DNA of 64,000 nt from Eledone cirrhosa (GCA_964016885.1 OZ024741.1:277512001-277576000), one strand, 5' to 3'. Shown: positions 1 to 14,569, numbered from the stretch's first letter. The notes: generated from the sequence alone by a model not told the origin. Translations and numbers: made by a program.

Positions 1-181
1 GACATACACATTCACACATCCACTCAAACACACGCATATACAAAGAAAAACACTCATACACGTAAATATACAAACACACAAACACACACACACATAAACA
101 CATATACACACAAACGGACACATACATATAAATATGCAAACACACACATACGCACATACACATAAATATATAAACAAATAA

Positions 182-267
<86 letters not shown>

Positions 268-339
268 ATATATATATATACACAGACATAAAAGCAAATT
301 TATTCCAGCTGTTTAAACGTTTTATACACCATTCGCTTG

Positions 340-870
340 GCAGGTGAAGTCGATGGTTAGGGTGCTCGACTCACAACCGTTACGTCGTGAGTTCAAATCC
401 GCGCGGCACGTCGTGTCCTTGAGCAAGACACTTTATTTCATGTCGCTCCAGTCCACTCAGCCGATAAATGTGTTGTACGTGTAATTCAAAGGGTCAACCT
501 TGTTATATACTCTGTCAAGTTGAATATCCCCCAAAACAATGGTAAGGAATGAAAGGCCAGTCTTGTTACACACTCTGTCTAGCTGAGTATCTCCCAAAAC
601 AATTATAATGATACACGTGTTATTGGAATAAAGGGCTAACCTTGTTACACACTATATAAGACTGAATATCCCAAAGAACTAAGGTATGGACACACGTGTT
701 GGCGGAATAAAGGGCCAGTCTTGTTACACTCAGTTTCAGGCTGTACTATGGTAAGGGTACACGTGTTAGTGTTATTGGAATGCTCAGCCATTTACAATTG
801 CTTTTTCATGACTAGCTGTTTCGTTGATTAAACTATTAAACGACAGGTTATCGTACTCAACGGAAGTCCA
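340..870 (+). mobile_element. tRNA-derived SINE (family 2) with internally duplicated 3' segment
   Basis: A/B-box-like head (tggttagggtgctcgac...gagttcaaatcc), core gtgtccttgagcaagacacttta, and a ~75-bp unit (aagggccagtcttgttacacact...) repeated about 4 times. Related pieces lie at ~7440-7660, 29600-29790 and 55400-55670. Confidence 0.65.
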
Positions 871-1618
871 GAACACAGTTATATTTTCCCAGATTTACCA
901 GGTGGTTCCACATGACAGCTTAGTGGACTGAGGCTATGTAGAATAACGTATTCTGTCAGGAAAATAGCAGTCATACCTGAATGATTCCTATCACCACCAC
1001 CACTATAACTACTACCAATACTACCATTATCAACATTATTTCTATCCCCATCATTAAAAACTGTATCCCAAACACCATCGACACCATCATCAACACCACT
1101 ACTACTACCAGTTACACAACCAACAACAACATCGCCAACACCATCGACACCACAGCTCCAGCAACATCAACAACGCCACAACCAACACCTCCACCACTAC
1201 TTCTACGACACTAGTATCACCACTACTATAACCACTACTATCATGAACACAATTACCACCACCATCACCAAAACCGTCACCGCTACCATACCCACTACCA
1301 TCACCATCACCATCACTACCACCACCATCAAAATGGCGGCCTTCCACCTACTCAAAAAATAATGATTATTTATTTTCCACAACACTGTAAGTTGTTTTGT
1401 GCTCTGAATAGACAAGATAAAAACAACACATACAAACACAATGGACACACATACACACACACAAACACACACACACGCACATATATATATATATATGCAT
1501 ACATACATACAAACATGCGTGTTGCATTCATTCATGAATATATACTCACACATATACATACATATATATATATGCACGTGTGTGCATCTATGTGTATATT
1601 CATATAAGCATGTACGTA

Positions 1619-1686
<68 letters not shown>

Positions 1687-2199
1687 TATATAGTATATAG
1701 ATAAATCTACCAAAATATACGGTAGTGTCCAATCCGTATGAAGAACTCAATGTAATCCAAATATCATGAAAAGAGATGTATTCAAAAAAATGTTCGATGA
1801 CAATCACAGGAAAACAGAGTCAAGATAAATTAATAAAAACAATGAATAAAAACAAAGAAACAGTTCCTTATATTATTTCTGAAGACCGCATATATATATG
1901 TGTAGGTATGTATATTCCCTCTGATAGTTTGTAAAATGTTTACATAGATCTATATGATATACATACCAACACACACATATATATCCTAGAAACGATCGTA
2001 AAATGATGAATTTTTTAATATAAGGAACTGTTTCTTAGAGCTCCAGATAGAATATCTTATGGAGTTTAGTTACAGATCTCGCTGCGGTTATTTTTGCGTT
2101 TCCTCCTTTTGATATCGAAACAATAATGTACCAGTTATATACTATAATCGACTATTCTCCTTTCTCTGATATTTCAGACCATGCGTTTTATGTTAGAAA

Positions 2200-2582
2200 G
2201 TAATAATTGTTTCTACTTTAGGCACAAGGCCAGCAATTACCCAGTGTATTACTGGTACTTTATTTTATCGACCCCGTAAGTTAACCTCGGCGGGATTTGA
2301 ACTCAGAATGGCAAGGGCCGTAACTCTATGCGCCAAAGCATGGCATCCGACACTCTACCAATACTGCCAATCCACCGCCTATGTTAGAAAGTAATAATTG
2401 TTTCTACTTTTGGCACAAGGCCAGTAATTAACCAGTACATTACTGGTACTTTATTTTATCGACCCCGTAAGGATGAAAGGCAAAGTTAACCTCGGCGGGA
2501 TTTGAACTCAGATCGTAAAGGGACGTAACTATGCTGCAAAGCATGGCGTCCGACTCTCTACCGATACTGCCAATTCACCGTT
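2200..2582 (-). mobile_element. Two tandem copies of the dominant tRNA-derived SINE (family 1)
   Basis: The minus strand reads ggcggtggattggcagtat...gagttcaaatcccgccgaggttaac...ggggtcgataaaataaagtaccagtaa...ggccttgtgcctaaagtagaaacaattatt twice. B box GAGTTCAAATCC. Confidence 0.85.
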
Positions 2583-2811
2583 AGAAAGTAATAATGAAGG
2601 AATAACAGAGAAAGTATTGTTCAGTTTCTTTCCTCCAAGATCGACTTTATCTCATCCTAGGACTCCCTCCTGGGTCGACAAAGTAAATACAGTCAATTTA
2701 AACGGTTTTTTTCTATCACCACCCGCTCTAGCGCCGCACAACGAAGTTATGAGAACTGGTTACTGAAAGGGGTTCCGATATATATATGTATATATATATA
2801 GTAATAATAAT

Positions 2812-2868
<57 letters not shown>

Positions 2869-2913
2869 TTCAAATATTAATAAAATAAAATAGATGTTCT
2901 TGTGATCAATAAA

Positions 2914-2979
2914 ATTTTATTATACATATTTCAGAGGTACCTGAATCAAATTCAACAGTACGTCCTCATCAGATAAAAT
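2914..2979 (-). ncRNA. Minimal type I hammerhead ribozyme
   Basis: Minus strand: ATTTTAT-CTGATGA-GGACGTAC...GTACCTCT-GAAA-TATGTA-TA-ATAAAAT. 7-bp stem I, full core, AUA cleavage triplet. Confidence 0.8.
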
Positions 2980-4259
2980 AAAATGATACATGACATACCC
3001 TGACATGTGAAATGGTTAAGATTTAATCAAGGTAGTGATTAACTTGTGAGAAAACTCAATATTTATACCCTACAAATGAGAACATGCGAAAACGTAATAG
3101 AATCAATAGAGAGGGTGTGAGTAAGAAAAGATTGCTTTAATGTAACAGTTATAGAGTTATTAAAGTTTGAAATGCTACTGTAGGACTATAGAGGAAGACT
3201 ATAGATATCTGGAGTTATAATTTTCTATAGTTTTTAGTTTGAGAATGCAAATGATAGATAATTAAAGAGAGAGAGATAAAGGGGAGTAATTTATGCACAA
3301 ATCTTCTTCAGACACATAAACATGTATAGCCTTGTCGGTTAAATTTCAAAATATTTAATTTATGTTATTTTAGGGTAACGAATCAAAATTTTAGGTTTTA
3401 AAAGTTGATGGTTATTTGTGTTATAAATTTTATAAATTTTATAAATGTGTTAAATTTCTTAAATTCAGAGTTTTATGAAATCAAATTTAAAGGATTTACT
3501 AGGCCCGCGAAAGAAAAATATATACTGTTCAAAATTCACGCAAAGGTAATCTTTAACAATATTAGTTGTAACAGTGTCAACATTTTCGATATGTATAGTT
3601 TATGAAGTATTTACAGTTATAATTATCAAGGAATTTATTGTTAAATAGTTATAGTGTCTAAAGTATAACAATTAAACCAGAGTTTTCAGTTGTAAATATA
3701 TATATGTGTGCATTGATCTTAATAAGAGGACTATAAATTATTATTTTTATTATCTATTCATATATTATATTAGATCATTACATTAGTTCAGCCTTCTAGG
3801 GAAGAACCGAACTCTAATTATGATTATGTTATTATACAATATAAACATATTTGCACCAACTACATATAGAGAGATATATTAATGAGACAGTATACATTTA
3901 GCAAAGGATAACGAATACAATCCTAGATAATAGATTTATACATGCATAACTATAAAATACATAAATATATATAAAAATGTAAACGCATGAATGATCCACA
4001 GTTCAAAATAAGGTCCGTAAAAATTTACAGGTTAGATATCAAAACTATATTTAAAACAGAGATAGAAAAATAAAGGTCCGGATCAAAGTTAATAATATCC
4101 AAAAAGCCATAGGTTATGTACATCAACCTGCCAACATGTTCTTAAACAGGTGTCAATTCATTCAAACGTTGTTTCCATTATAAATGATTAGAAGATAAAG
4201 CATTATTAAAGTTTTATAAGCCATAATGATTTATATTTTCAACAATTGATGATGTATGT

Positions 4260-6440
4260 CTAAAACCCAGGCTTGGTTGGTAACGGTTTTTTCCTGCCCT
4301 TATGCGAGGCTTGGAATGTAGACAAAGCTTTATGAAGGCAGTTTGAGAATAATTCACTTTTTTTGTTAATTAAGTTTTCATAATTATCAATTATCATTGT
4401 ACAAAGAGCGCAGTTACTTGATATACTTGAGTTGCGGTAAACTCCACTATTACGAAGTTTCATCCAAAAGATAGAGTATTTTAAATTTTTGTCTTTTAAT
4501 GACCATATAAGCTGTGATAAAGAAGTCGATGATTTCCTATTAGAATTCGAAAATGAGCATTTATGATTCGCAAATCTAGCTTTAAATGTAGAAGTCGATC
4601 CTATGTAGTTGTATGTGTTGTAATCAGTTTTTACGGTGCATTTATACACCAAATTACTGTTCAAACAATTATTTTGCACAGGGCAATCTGGTTTATTTCT
4701 ACAATTACATTTTGATTTATTATTATTTATGTTAACATTATTATTAAAATCATTATGCTGATTCTGCTTTAGAATTTTACTGTTTATTTTAGCAATGTTT
4801 TGGGCCATGTTCATAGTTGTAGAATAAGATAATTTAATAATATGTCTATTAAAAATGGAATGGTATTTATGTTGACTAGGGAAAGAGCTGTCCAAAGTTT
4901 TAAAGAATAGGTTTGCTATTGGTGTTCTTACTGCTACGAAAGCAGGGGGGGGGGAGCAAACCATATAACTGATTTAGTTCTGGTTCTTTTCCTCGATTTG
5001 TTCACCCTATAGGTGTTTGAATTATAATTATTAGAATTTCGTTTATATATGCCGTTATTTTTATCAGGATTAAGACTTGGATTATTATTATCTACATATT
5101 CTATATTATTCTCATAACCTGCTCTTTTTAGCGCTTCATTGTAGTATCCTTCATTTTCATCAAATATTGATTTATTGGCAGATATTCTATTAATGCGTTT
5201 TTGCACACTATTTACAATTGTTTTTTTTTACTGACTTAGGGTGATTGGAATAATAACTAACATAATTTAAGTTTTCATTGAGCTTATGAAAAGGGTAATA
5301 AAAGCCAGTTTAAGTTAAACGTAACATAAAGAAAATTAACTATTTTGGTACCACTTTCTACTTCTAACTTAAGGTCATACATTTTAAAGAATTCTATTAT
5401 ACTTTTCTTTACTCTAATTAGTTCAATATTGTTGTGTTTGACCACCGTAAATAAAATGTCGTCCCTATATAAACCCCCGGTAATCTCCGGCAGTTTTCTA
5501 TTTATCATATTTAATATGAAAATCTCCAGAAGATCTGTGATTTGCGCTGAATCAGATGCCCCCATAGTGATATCGAAGTTTCTATTTCTATATAAGCGGG
5601 TCCAATATTTGTTGTTAAAGTTAATAAGAGTTCTTCTAGCTGTTAGTATGATATCAATTCCATCTGTGGTTAGACCAGTATGCTTATAAGCGTATGATAG
5701 TGCCTTATTTAGTAGGTTGGGCGTTATGGAAGAATAGTAGTTTGTTATGTCCATCTGGATGAATTTATGGTTTTTCTTATCTTTTATATTCTTATACCAT
5801 TCTATGACTTCGTTTGTATCTTTCCACAAGCTCAATTTAGATCTCAATTTAAGAGCAGGTAGAATTCTATCGATGATGTTTTTACTGATTACTCCAATAT
5901 CCGATTTGGATGGAGCAATCAGTCTAAACTGGCAGGTCTTCCTTGAAGTTTCTTTTGTGATCTTTTAAGTTAATCCGCGGCTGCCTAGGTATAAGTGGCT
6001 CAGTTCTTCCTTCTATTCCTAAATTGGTAATTAATTTATATGCATCCTCATTAATTTCTGTAAGATCTTCAGCCGGGGCTTTTTTATAATTTTTCCTAAG
6101 TTCCTTTAAAATCAAGTTATTATATTCTTCTTTGTTTATTCCATATAGATTATTTGTTTTGTCCGATTTAACCAATATTTTGTTAACTTTTTTTATTTCT
6201 GTGATTTTTTCTTTTAGAGTTCTAAGGTATTGGTGACCTATATATGGGTTTATCCTAAATTTAATTTTTTTAAGTATACCAAGCATTTCGGTTTCAAAAT
6301 CCTCCAGGAGTTTGTTGTATGGAGGATTCTTTCTGGATTTAAATAAAGATTCGAAATGATTGGTGTTGGTTTTTCTTTCAGCACCTTTATTTTCGAAATG
6401 AAATGCTCGCGATCTCATTCTTCTTATAAAAGAGTTAGTT
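4260..6440 (-). pseudogene. Disrupted PLE RT-GIY-YIG ORF (at least 3 frameshifts)
   Basis: Four collinear ORF pieces (5924-6418, 5284-5847, 4934-5206, 4260-4964) align along the intact protein at 34636-37005. Confidence 0.88.
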
Positions 6441-6581
6441 TGTTCACAAGAACATCTATTTTATTTTATTAATATTTGAATTTAATATTAATAACTCTGG
6501 AAAATATCTTTCTGTAGAGTGCTTTCAATCTACTGTAAAACTCATTCTTTGATGTACTCATTGAATCTTGTTTAACTCTTT

Positions 6582-6631
<50 letters not shown>

Positions 6632-6716
6632 ATATACTGTCTTTAAAGCGTTGAAATATCCGAGATCCCCAGTAGACAACGTTCTTGCTTTCTTATTATT
6701 ATTATTATTAATTCTT

Positions 6717-6780
<64 letters not shown>

Positions 6781-8029
6781 GTTTATGTGTATGTGTGTGT
6801 GCATGAACTCGTAACTTCTGAGAGAGTCGAAGGCGCATTGTTGTGTCTTGGACATTTAAAACCTGATGGAACCCATCAACTCTCCAGGTCTGAACACACC
6901 CGATTTTTTTCTGAGGAGTGAGCAACAGAAAGAGAGGGGGGAGAAAGTGAGGAAGATGTATAGAGGACGAACCGACCCCAATGCTGGACCTTGAAATAAT
7001 GAATTGCAAAGTTGACCTCGGAGCAAAAACGTTCTATCCAACTTTCTAACGAATGTGCCAATTCGCCTACTTATTCTTGGGAGGGTCACGGAGGTAAAGT
7101 CCTCAAACACGCCTTCCAACAGGTCCTGTCTCCAATTGATTTGGCTGGATCCCCAATCGAGAGGAGCCGAGCTAGTCGATGTTATCCAACCATCTTGCTT
7201 GTGGTCTACCCCTTGGTCTCCGGCCCGTTGGTTTTGCCTGTAAAATCTGTCCAGCGATTCTTTCCTGAGACATTGTAATCACATGCCCAAATTATGTGTA
7301 GAAAAAATAAGGTTGGAATGTCTTTAATCACAGGTCTTCTCAATCAGAGTTGACCTGGGGCTAAACTAAAGCAACAGTGAAATGGTAAGCTGGTATTTCA
7401 TGGAAGAATCATTTATTGTGTATTTCTGAAATTCCTAGTTGCATTGCTGAATAGGTAAAGAATTTACTCTGTAATCATGAGATCACGCGTTCGAACCAAC
7501 TGTGTGGTATCATGGACAAGTTGTGTATCTCATCGCAGTCACGGGTCACCTATATCCTTTGGTAGACTGAAATAGTGTGGAAGCCCACTGAATGGATTAT
7601 ATCTGTAATTCAATGGTGCAGCCTTATCACTGTGCCATGCTGAATCTCCTCAACATGATGGTCGTAAAGGCTTTATAATGTCCAACTGAAAATATACAAA
7701 ATATACCTTCACTTTCTGTGCAATTTTTAGCAGAGATCTTAAAAGTCTTGCTTCCGATCACCGGAAGGTGGTTGGATGGTGGTGGTGGTGGCGGGTGGGG
7801 AGTTCAGTGGAAATGATGATTATGAAACACATGTCTATGATCATCGCTCTAATATGAGGTAGGCGAATTTGATAGAGACGTTAGAATGTCGATAGAGGCA
7901 ACTAAAAGAGTTGGTGATAATAAGGTGATAATAAAATATTACCCCAAAAAGTACTTCAGGATGAGCATGAAGCTTGTCATGGTGCCCGTATGAAATGACC
8001 TTAAAACACTTGGTGTTGTTGTTGTTGCA

Positions 8030-8070
<41 letters not shown>

Positions 8071-8077
<7 letters not shown>

Positions 8078-8333
8078 GCACAGATTAAAGTTTAAGTAAA
8101 GAATCGCTGCTTTCACCCTTTACGGGACCTTCTGAAAGCACCGATTCTTTGCTTAAACTTTAAACTGTACTTATAATAAATATTTGCTCTACGGGTTTAT
8201 ATATATATATTTATATATGCGCGTTCGTACGGTTTTCCTTCCTGTTCCGTAGAATCATGCCCATTACGAGCTGAGGATCCGCTAAGGTGAAACAATTGTT
8301 CTCGGTATGGTGAACTAACTGTTGTGTAACCAC

Positions 8334-8340
<7 letters not shown>
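8071..8340. mobile_element. Short inverted PLE-terminus insertion (family of the 49310-50855 element)
   Basis: 8071-8106 is inverted relative to 8142-8177. Sequence shared with 40990-41090 and 49385-49470. Lies between (TA)n tracts. Confidence 0.75.
8261..8310 (+). ncRNA. Minimal type I hammerhead ribozyme
   Basis: CCATtaCGAG-CTGAGGA-TCCgctaaGGT-GAAA-CAATTG-TT-CTCGgtATGG. Palindromic stem III region, GUU triplet. Confidence 0.8.
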
Positions 8341-8407
<67 letters not shown>

Positions 8408-8530
8408 AGACGATCGACTTTCGTCAAATCGGACCGAGGGAACAATGTTTCCGTTGGTCTTTCCAATTTCTAATACTATCTATCGGTCGCAACTCCAGGT
8501 AGAAGGAGCAACGGGAAATAAAGTGTCTTG

Positions 8531-8575
<45 letters not shown>

Positions 8576-8579
8576 TATA

Positions 8580-8932
8580 TATGATAATAATGGAGCTACG
8601 GCGTTACAAATGGGTTACATATGAAAAAGTAAGTCCTTCATCAGTGGCCCTCCAACCGTCCTAGGCATTTCATCGCTTTAAGGGCCATATACCTCAGGTT
8701 GGTGCGAACAACGGCTAAAAAAAGTCGTTGGGACACCTGCTGCCACCCGTCTGTTTCGTTCTTTGTATCTTTACCCTTTCTAGCAGTCTCTCTCTCTGTT
8801 AGCCTCCTCCTCAACTTTCACTCACTCATTCTCTGTCACTACCTCTCCTCCTCCTCCTCTTTCCTCCTCTTTCTTCCCGTTTGACCTGTCCGATTTCTTT
8901 TCTCGCGCGCTCTTGGCCAAGCCGGTATGAAT

Positions 8933-8992
<60 letters not shown>

Positions 8993-9349
8993 GCGACTTC
9001 ACAGAACTTATGTTTACCGAATTCGCAGACCAGACCCCTTCTTCTTCCCCCCGTTAGACCTGTGCGAAATTCCTTCCTTGCTCACATTTCAACCAGGTTT
9101 GATGGTCTTTATTCTCTCGTTCACGATTTCACCGAGTTTATATTCATAGAAATCTGGGACTTGTCTCTTTCTTCTCACTTTCTGTTGCTTAAACCATTTT
9201 GTTTGTTCACCCTAACGTCCCCTTTATTTACGTGTCCCAACGACTTTTTTTAGCCGTTGTTCGCACCAACCTGAGGTATATGGCCCTTAAAGCGATGAAA
9301 TGCCTAGGACGGTTGGAGAGCCACTGATGAAGGACTTACTTTTTCATAT
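8580..9349. mobile_element. Non-coding element with ~117-bp inverted termini inserted in (TA)n (PLE-terminus-like)
   Basis: 8620-8736 is a near-perfect reverse complement of 9232-9349. The left arm has an extra ~40-nt extension. Confidence 0.7.
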
Positions 9350-9415
9350 ATAAATATATATATATATATTATGAAATACTGTTGGCTTCTTGCTCACAAT
9401 AATTTCTATATTTTC

Positions 9416-9528
<113 letters not shown>

Positions 9529-9943
9529 GGGGGTAAGAATGAAAGCAGCGCTGAAGTATATTTAAAGAATCTTTGTTCTTTAATCCGACAAAGTGATTAT
9601 TGAAAATAAGAGAAAAACATTCGATTGTTTTTTTATCTGAGAGTGAATACAAAGCGTGGAATTGGCAGAGTCGTCAGAACGTCAGATAATTCCATGATAA
9701 TTTAACGCATTGTAAATTCAATTGGTCGAATAAGAGAATGCCGATCGTCGAAACTGACGGAGGATTCAACATACGTTAAATTTAGCACAGTCGTTTGAAC
9801 CGGACACCAGTATTTAACTAGTTGTTAATTTATCGATCTCTGGAATCACTTATCGATCTGTGGAATCATGAAAAAAACAACTAAATAGAAAAAGAAATCC
9901 CTTTGTCTGGCTATACGTCATAATAACTAACTTCTAATAATAA

Positions 9944-10044
<101 letters not shown>

Positions 10045-10959
10045 ATCGTGGTGGTCGTCGTCGTCGTCGTGGAGGTGGTGGTGTTGGAGATTGTGGTAGT
10101 GGCAGTACTAGTGCTGCTGGTAGTGCTGGTGGTGGCGGTGGAGGGTGTGGCAGTGGTGGTGGTGGTGGTGGTGGTGGTGGTGGTGGTGGTGGTGTGGCGG
10201 TGGGTGTTTTGGGGGAATATGGGTATGAGTAGTAGTTGTGGTACTGCTGGTACTACTTCTGTTGCTGGTGGTGATGGCGGATTCGGTGGAAATTATGATG
10301 ATGATGATGATGAAAAGAAGAGATTCCAAAATAATTAAATATTCAAATTGATTGTGGTCACCATAGAAACGGTACTAGACAATAGTGCAATTGTTTATTT
10401 GCATTAGTTTTCATTCGGAGTTAAAGATTCAAGAATATTCTAATGAAGAGTCTGTCTGTCTGTCTGTCTGTCTGCATGTCTGTTTGTCGATTTGTCTGTC
10501 TGTCTGTCTGTTTGTCGGTTTGTCTATCAATTTGTCTCTATCTATGTTTTTCTGTCTGTATGTATGTATTTTTGTCTGTCTGTCTGTCCGTCCGTTTGTC
10601 TTTTTGACTGTTTGTCTGTCTGTATGTATTTATTTTCTTGTGGAGCGAGAGACTCCTAGTCTTCATTTAGAGGTCACTCTGATATAAAACCTGGACTTCG
10701 TTTGCATCCAATGATGTAGAACACTTCTTTTTGGAGCAAATATTCGATGTTCAGAGAATGGGAAAGCCTTTCCTCACTTAAAAACCTCAAGCATAGTCAT
10801 CACTTCATATCCGACATTTTTTGCTATGCATGGTATTGAGGGCCTTAGGCAAGTCCCTAGCTGGACTAAAAAAGCCACATCCGTGATGCTCGTGCTTAAG
10901 TATCAAGCGATGGCATTACTCGAAATTGAGTTGCAGCCATTATATATGTATGTACATAT

Positions 10960-13900
10960 ATATGTTCTGGTTTTATAATTTCACAAATGTTTGCCAATAG
11001 AGAGAGAGTCGGTTTCTAACAAAGACACAAGACTCTCTCATTGGAATTTACACAACATCAACTAGGTAGATATGGATGTATGCATGCATGTGTAGATATG
11101 GATGTTATTGTATGTGTGGATGTGGATGTTTTGAGTTGTATGTGCGCATGTGTATATGCTTTGTATCTGTACATGTGTATATGCAGTTATTAGATACAAA
11201 ATCTTCGGAATGTTTTACATATTTTTACTGTTCCATTAATGGATTGTACTTGTAATTTCCTAACTAGTCGTGTTCTTTCTGCTCCTGTGAATTTTATTGG
11301 GGGTTTTACTGGAACATTCCACCAGTACTCTTTCATATTATATATATGTATGTCTTCCACATTGCTGTAGCTTTTAATTTGTTTATTATCGAGGGCTATC
11401 TTTTCTACGGATTGCATTGTACAATGCTTTGGCCACTACATCATGCCTCATAGGTAGATAGTACCACAATGACATCTTTGGACAGCTGCTTATGACATGG
11501 GTGACATCTTCGATGTTAATTCTGCTGAGTCTGCACTTGTTATCACATCTAGGTGTTTTGCCTGCATCTCTATCTCTTTTGTGAATCAGGTATTTTGTGT
11601 TAATTTCCTGTTCTTGGATTGCAAATGCGTCTGTAGCAGTCCTCATCAGATATCGGTGAAATAGTTAGGCCATTGATGACAATGTTGCTAGATTGGGTTG
11701 TTGTTTTTCCCCGCTTTACAGTCATATATGAGCATTTATCTTGGCCAAACTCCATTCCTATATCCTTTGAGAATGTTGTAACCAGGTCAAGATTTTTCTT
11801 CATCCTATCGTTGGCATGGAGTTTCAGATCATCCACAAAGAAATTATGGTTTAGGTTCGTATTTCTGTCCTCCTGTGAGCCAATGATGTATCCCTCACAT
11901 TTCTTGAGCAGAAAGAACAAGGGGTTTAATAAATAATATCACAGAGAGACTGTCTCCTTGAAATATACCCCTGTGATATTCTATTGTATCATTGAAAATA
12001 GAGTCCTCCCTCTCTGTCTTTAACCTTAGGATAGTAGCTCAAGAAGACAGACTCTCTATGGCTCTGACAATAATGTCTGGGACTTTAACAAGTCGGAGGG
12101 CTTCTATCATCCAAGAGTGGGGAACAGAATCGAAATCTTTCCTGTAGTCCAGCCAGACTGTAGCCATATTCCTCCTAAGTTGTCGCACCTCCAACATCGC
12201 AGTTTTGTTGATTATGAGTTGTTCAGGACATCCCCAAACTCCTTTCTTTCCAGCTGCTTGTTCACCAGTAATACACTGGGTAATTGCTGGCCTTGTGCTA
12301 AAAGTAGAAACAATTATTTTCACGGTAATCTTGAAGGAATAGGTTCAGGCTGGCTGTATACATCTTATACATCAGGTTTGGCATGCAATGAGTCGGTAGT
12401 TTTTTGCCAAGTGTGTGTCTTTGTTCTTGGGGACCGGTAATGTTTGTGCTAATGTCAACCATTCTGGTATAAGTGTATCTCCCTTAAGAACTTGTTGGTA
12501 GAGGTCGATAAATTACCTCCGATAGAATATCAGTTTTTTGTACCAGTAGCCGACAATCATGTCTCTTCCTGGTGTTTTCGTATCTTGGAGTTTTCCTATC
12601 ACAGTCTCAAGGGTACCCTCACTTATTTCGTATGATTGTGTTGTAGTGTAGGAGCAATAGTTCTTTTGGATTTCTTTTAGCCACACTGCATCTTGGTTGA
12701 AATTCTTATTTTCACCCCGTATTTTTCTCCAAAAGGAATCTGTCTTTCTGGGATGAGGCCTCAGTGCCCTTCATATCTCTATAGACTGATGTTTGGTTTC
12801 GTCTGAATCTTTTATTAAGCACTTTTCTTTCATCTGCCTTCATCAGGTATCGGCATTTTTCGCTGACAGTTCTCAATTCTTGTTTGAGGGTGATCAGTTT
12901 ATATTGAAGAGTTCGTTCTGTTCATATAGCCAATGGAGGGATTGTTTTTTGCCATTTTATAACAATTAAATAAATCATCGTCTCTATTTTATTTTTCACT
13001 CTTTGTTGGTGAGGAGTGAGGTTTTTTTGTGTTTGTTTGCATGTAAGGAGCATTGTCACATATCCTATGGTTTTTCGTAGGTCAGCACTCTTTTTTTCTA
13101 TTTTAGTTATATATGATGGTGTTTTGTTCTTGTTAATATCTCTGCTATCACCAAGATAATGCTTCACTGCCGTTGCTAAGGCATATAAACAGGCGTTGAT
13201 TTGCCAAAATGTTGGGGTTTTTATCTGTCGTAAATATTCATCCCCTATTTCGTCAATAACACGTAATATTTCATTATTTGGTTTTTTATTAAATATTCTT
13301 GTTTTAATACGTTCAGCAAGAGAAATGTTTATACATGAATTAATTTCTCTCTAGAAGATTTCGTTGAGGGAAATTTTCGATTGTTTATACTTTTGTTTAT
13401 AATCATTATTGATAGTATTTCCCACAATAGTCGAGGTAGACTCGGATGGTACACGTGGTGTCAAATTTCTTCGATTATTATTATTATTTTTTCTATTATT
13501 ACTATTATCGATAGTGTTTTCCCTAGCATTCGAGGTAGACTTAGATGGTACACGTGGTGTCAAGTTTCTTACAGGCATAACTATGTTTCAAGGAACTGTT
13601 CGACCTGGCTACTAGGAAGTCTAGTAGCATGGCGACCTGTAGCACGTGTTGTTGATTCCATGTTTGTTGTGGGGGGACTTACAATTAATAATATTTGTCA
13701 TATTTTTACGGTCAACAAACGTCGTTTGTTGGCGTAATTGGTTCGCTGTGAAGTGATTTAACTCTGGATGTATTTCGTCCCAGTGTAGCTTCGTTCTGTT
13801 CATATAGCCAATGGAGGGATTGTTTTTTGCCATTTTATAACAATTAAATAAATCATCATTAAGTTCGCAACTCCAAAAGAAATGCAAATTATAATTTCGG

Positions 13901-14210
13901 TTTCTTCTGTAGCTACAACTGAATAAATTTTGTTTACCTTTTCCGTTGTTTTTCTTCGGTACTTCTTTAATGCTGTTGATGTTGTTGTGTTCAGCCATGC
14001 TGTTTGTAGCAAATCCTTGTAAAATGAATTATGTATTTAGTCGGATATCTCTACGAATTCAAATAAAAGGTGTCTTCAGTGGATATGGTTAGAAGAATAT
14101 TCAGTTATTCAACATGACTGGGAGTTGTGGCATTACTGTCGGAGATAGTATCATCTTAAATTTAATGAATGCTCTCCCACACTAAAATATGCGACTGATC
14201 GCGTTGACTG
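10960..14210 (-). mobile_element. Decayed R4/Dong-clade non-LTR retrotransposon
   Basis: Fragments GVWGCPEQLIINK, WLDYRKDFDSVPHSW, GIFQGDSL (11945-11975), FFVDDLKL, AIQEQEI, CRL...HVISSC...RHDVVAK and LQVQSINGTVKI are typical of RT-CCHC-RLE elements. Many stops and deletions; the PD..D nuclease segment is missing. Confidence 0.8.
12265..12319 (+). mobile_element. 3' fragment of SINE family 1 nested in the R4 element
   Basis: accagtaatacactgggtaattgctggccttgtgctaaaagtagaaacaattatt. Confidence 0.8.
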
Positions 14211-14271
14211 ACTGACTGATGTATGTATGCCTGATTATGTGTGTATGTATGTATGTATGTATGTATGTATG

Positions 14272-14302
<31 letters not shown>

Positions 14303-14569
14303 GTATGTAAGTATGTATGCATGCATGTATGTATGTTCATGTCGAGTCGCTCTTGAGTGCTACTGGTAACATGTAATCCAGTACAACCTGTCGCATGGTC
14401 GGGTCGTCGGCGACTAAACCGGCAACCCCGCCAAGTTAACTTGGTGAGGTGGGTGATTTTTGCACGATATCATTAATTAATAATTATTGGTAATGTTATA
14501 TCGTGCAATGGTCATACTCGACAACGAGAGGGCAGCCATCATGTGTGTATGTACAGGTGTAACGTGATC

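Larger units (their letters stand above)
2861..6585 (-). mobile_element. Penelope-like retroelement 1 (C-terminal GIY-YIG, Hydra-clade-like), frameshifted, with inverted terminal segment
   Basis: ORF fragments 6418-4260 encode RT (FIQMDITNYYSSI, MGASDSAQ, GGLYRDD) then CNCRNKPDCP, VY...YIGSTST and CALC. 2861-2904 is the reverse complement of ~6445-6488. (TA)n on both flanks. Confidence 0.9.

Noticed and set aside
2390-2582. tRNA genes at A/B-box sequences
   Set aside because: No cloverleaf; the boxes are SINE heads attached to a shared core and tail.
6826-7370. GC-richer segment with several short ORFs, possibly a LINE fragment or exon
   Set aside because: No recognisable motif in any frame; cannot be classified by eye.
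9270-9345. Possible hammerhead in the 8580-9349 element (GAAATGCCTAGGACGGTTGG; CTGATGAAGG)
   Set aside because: The boxes are in an order and spacing for which I could not form stems I and II together.
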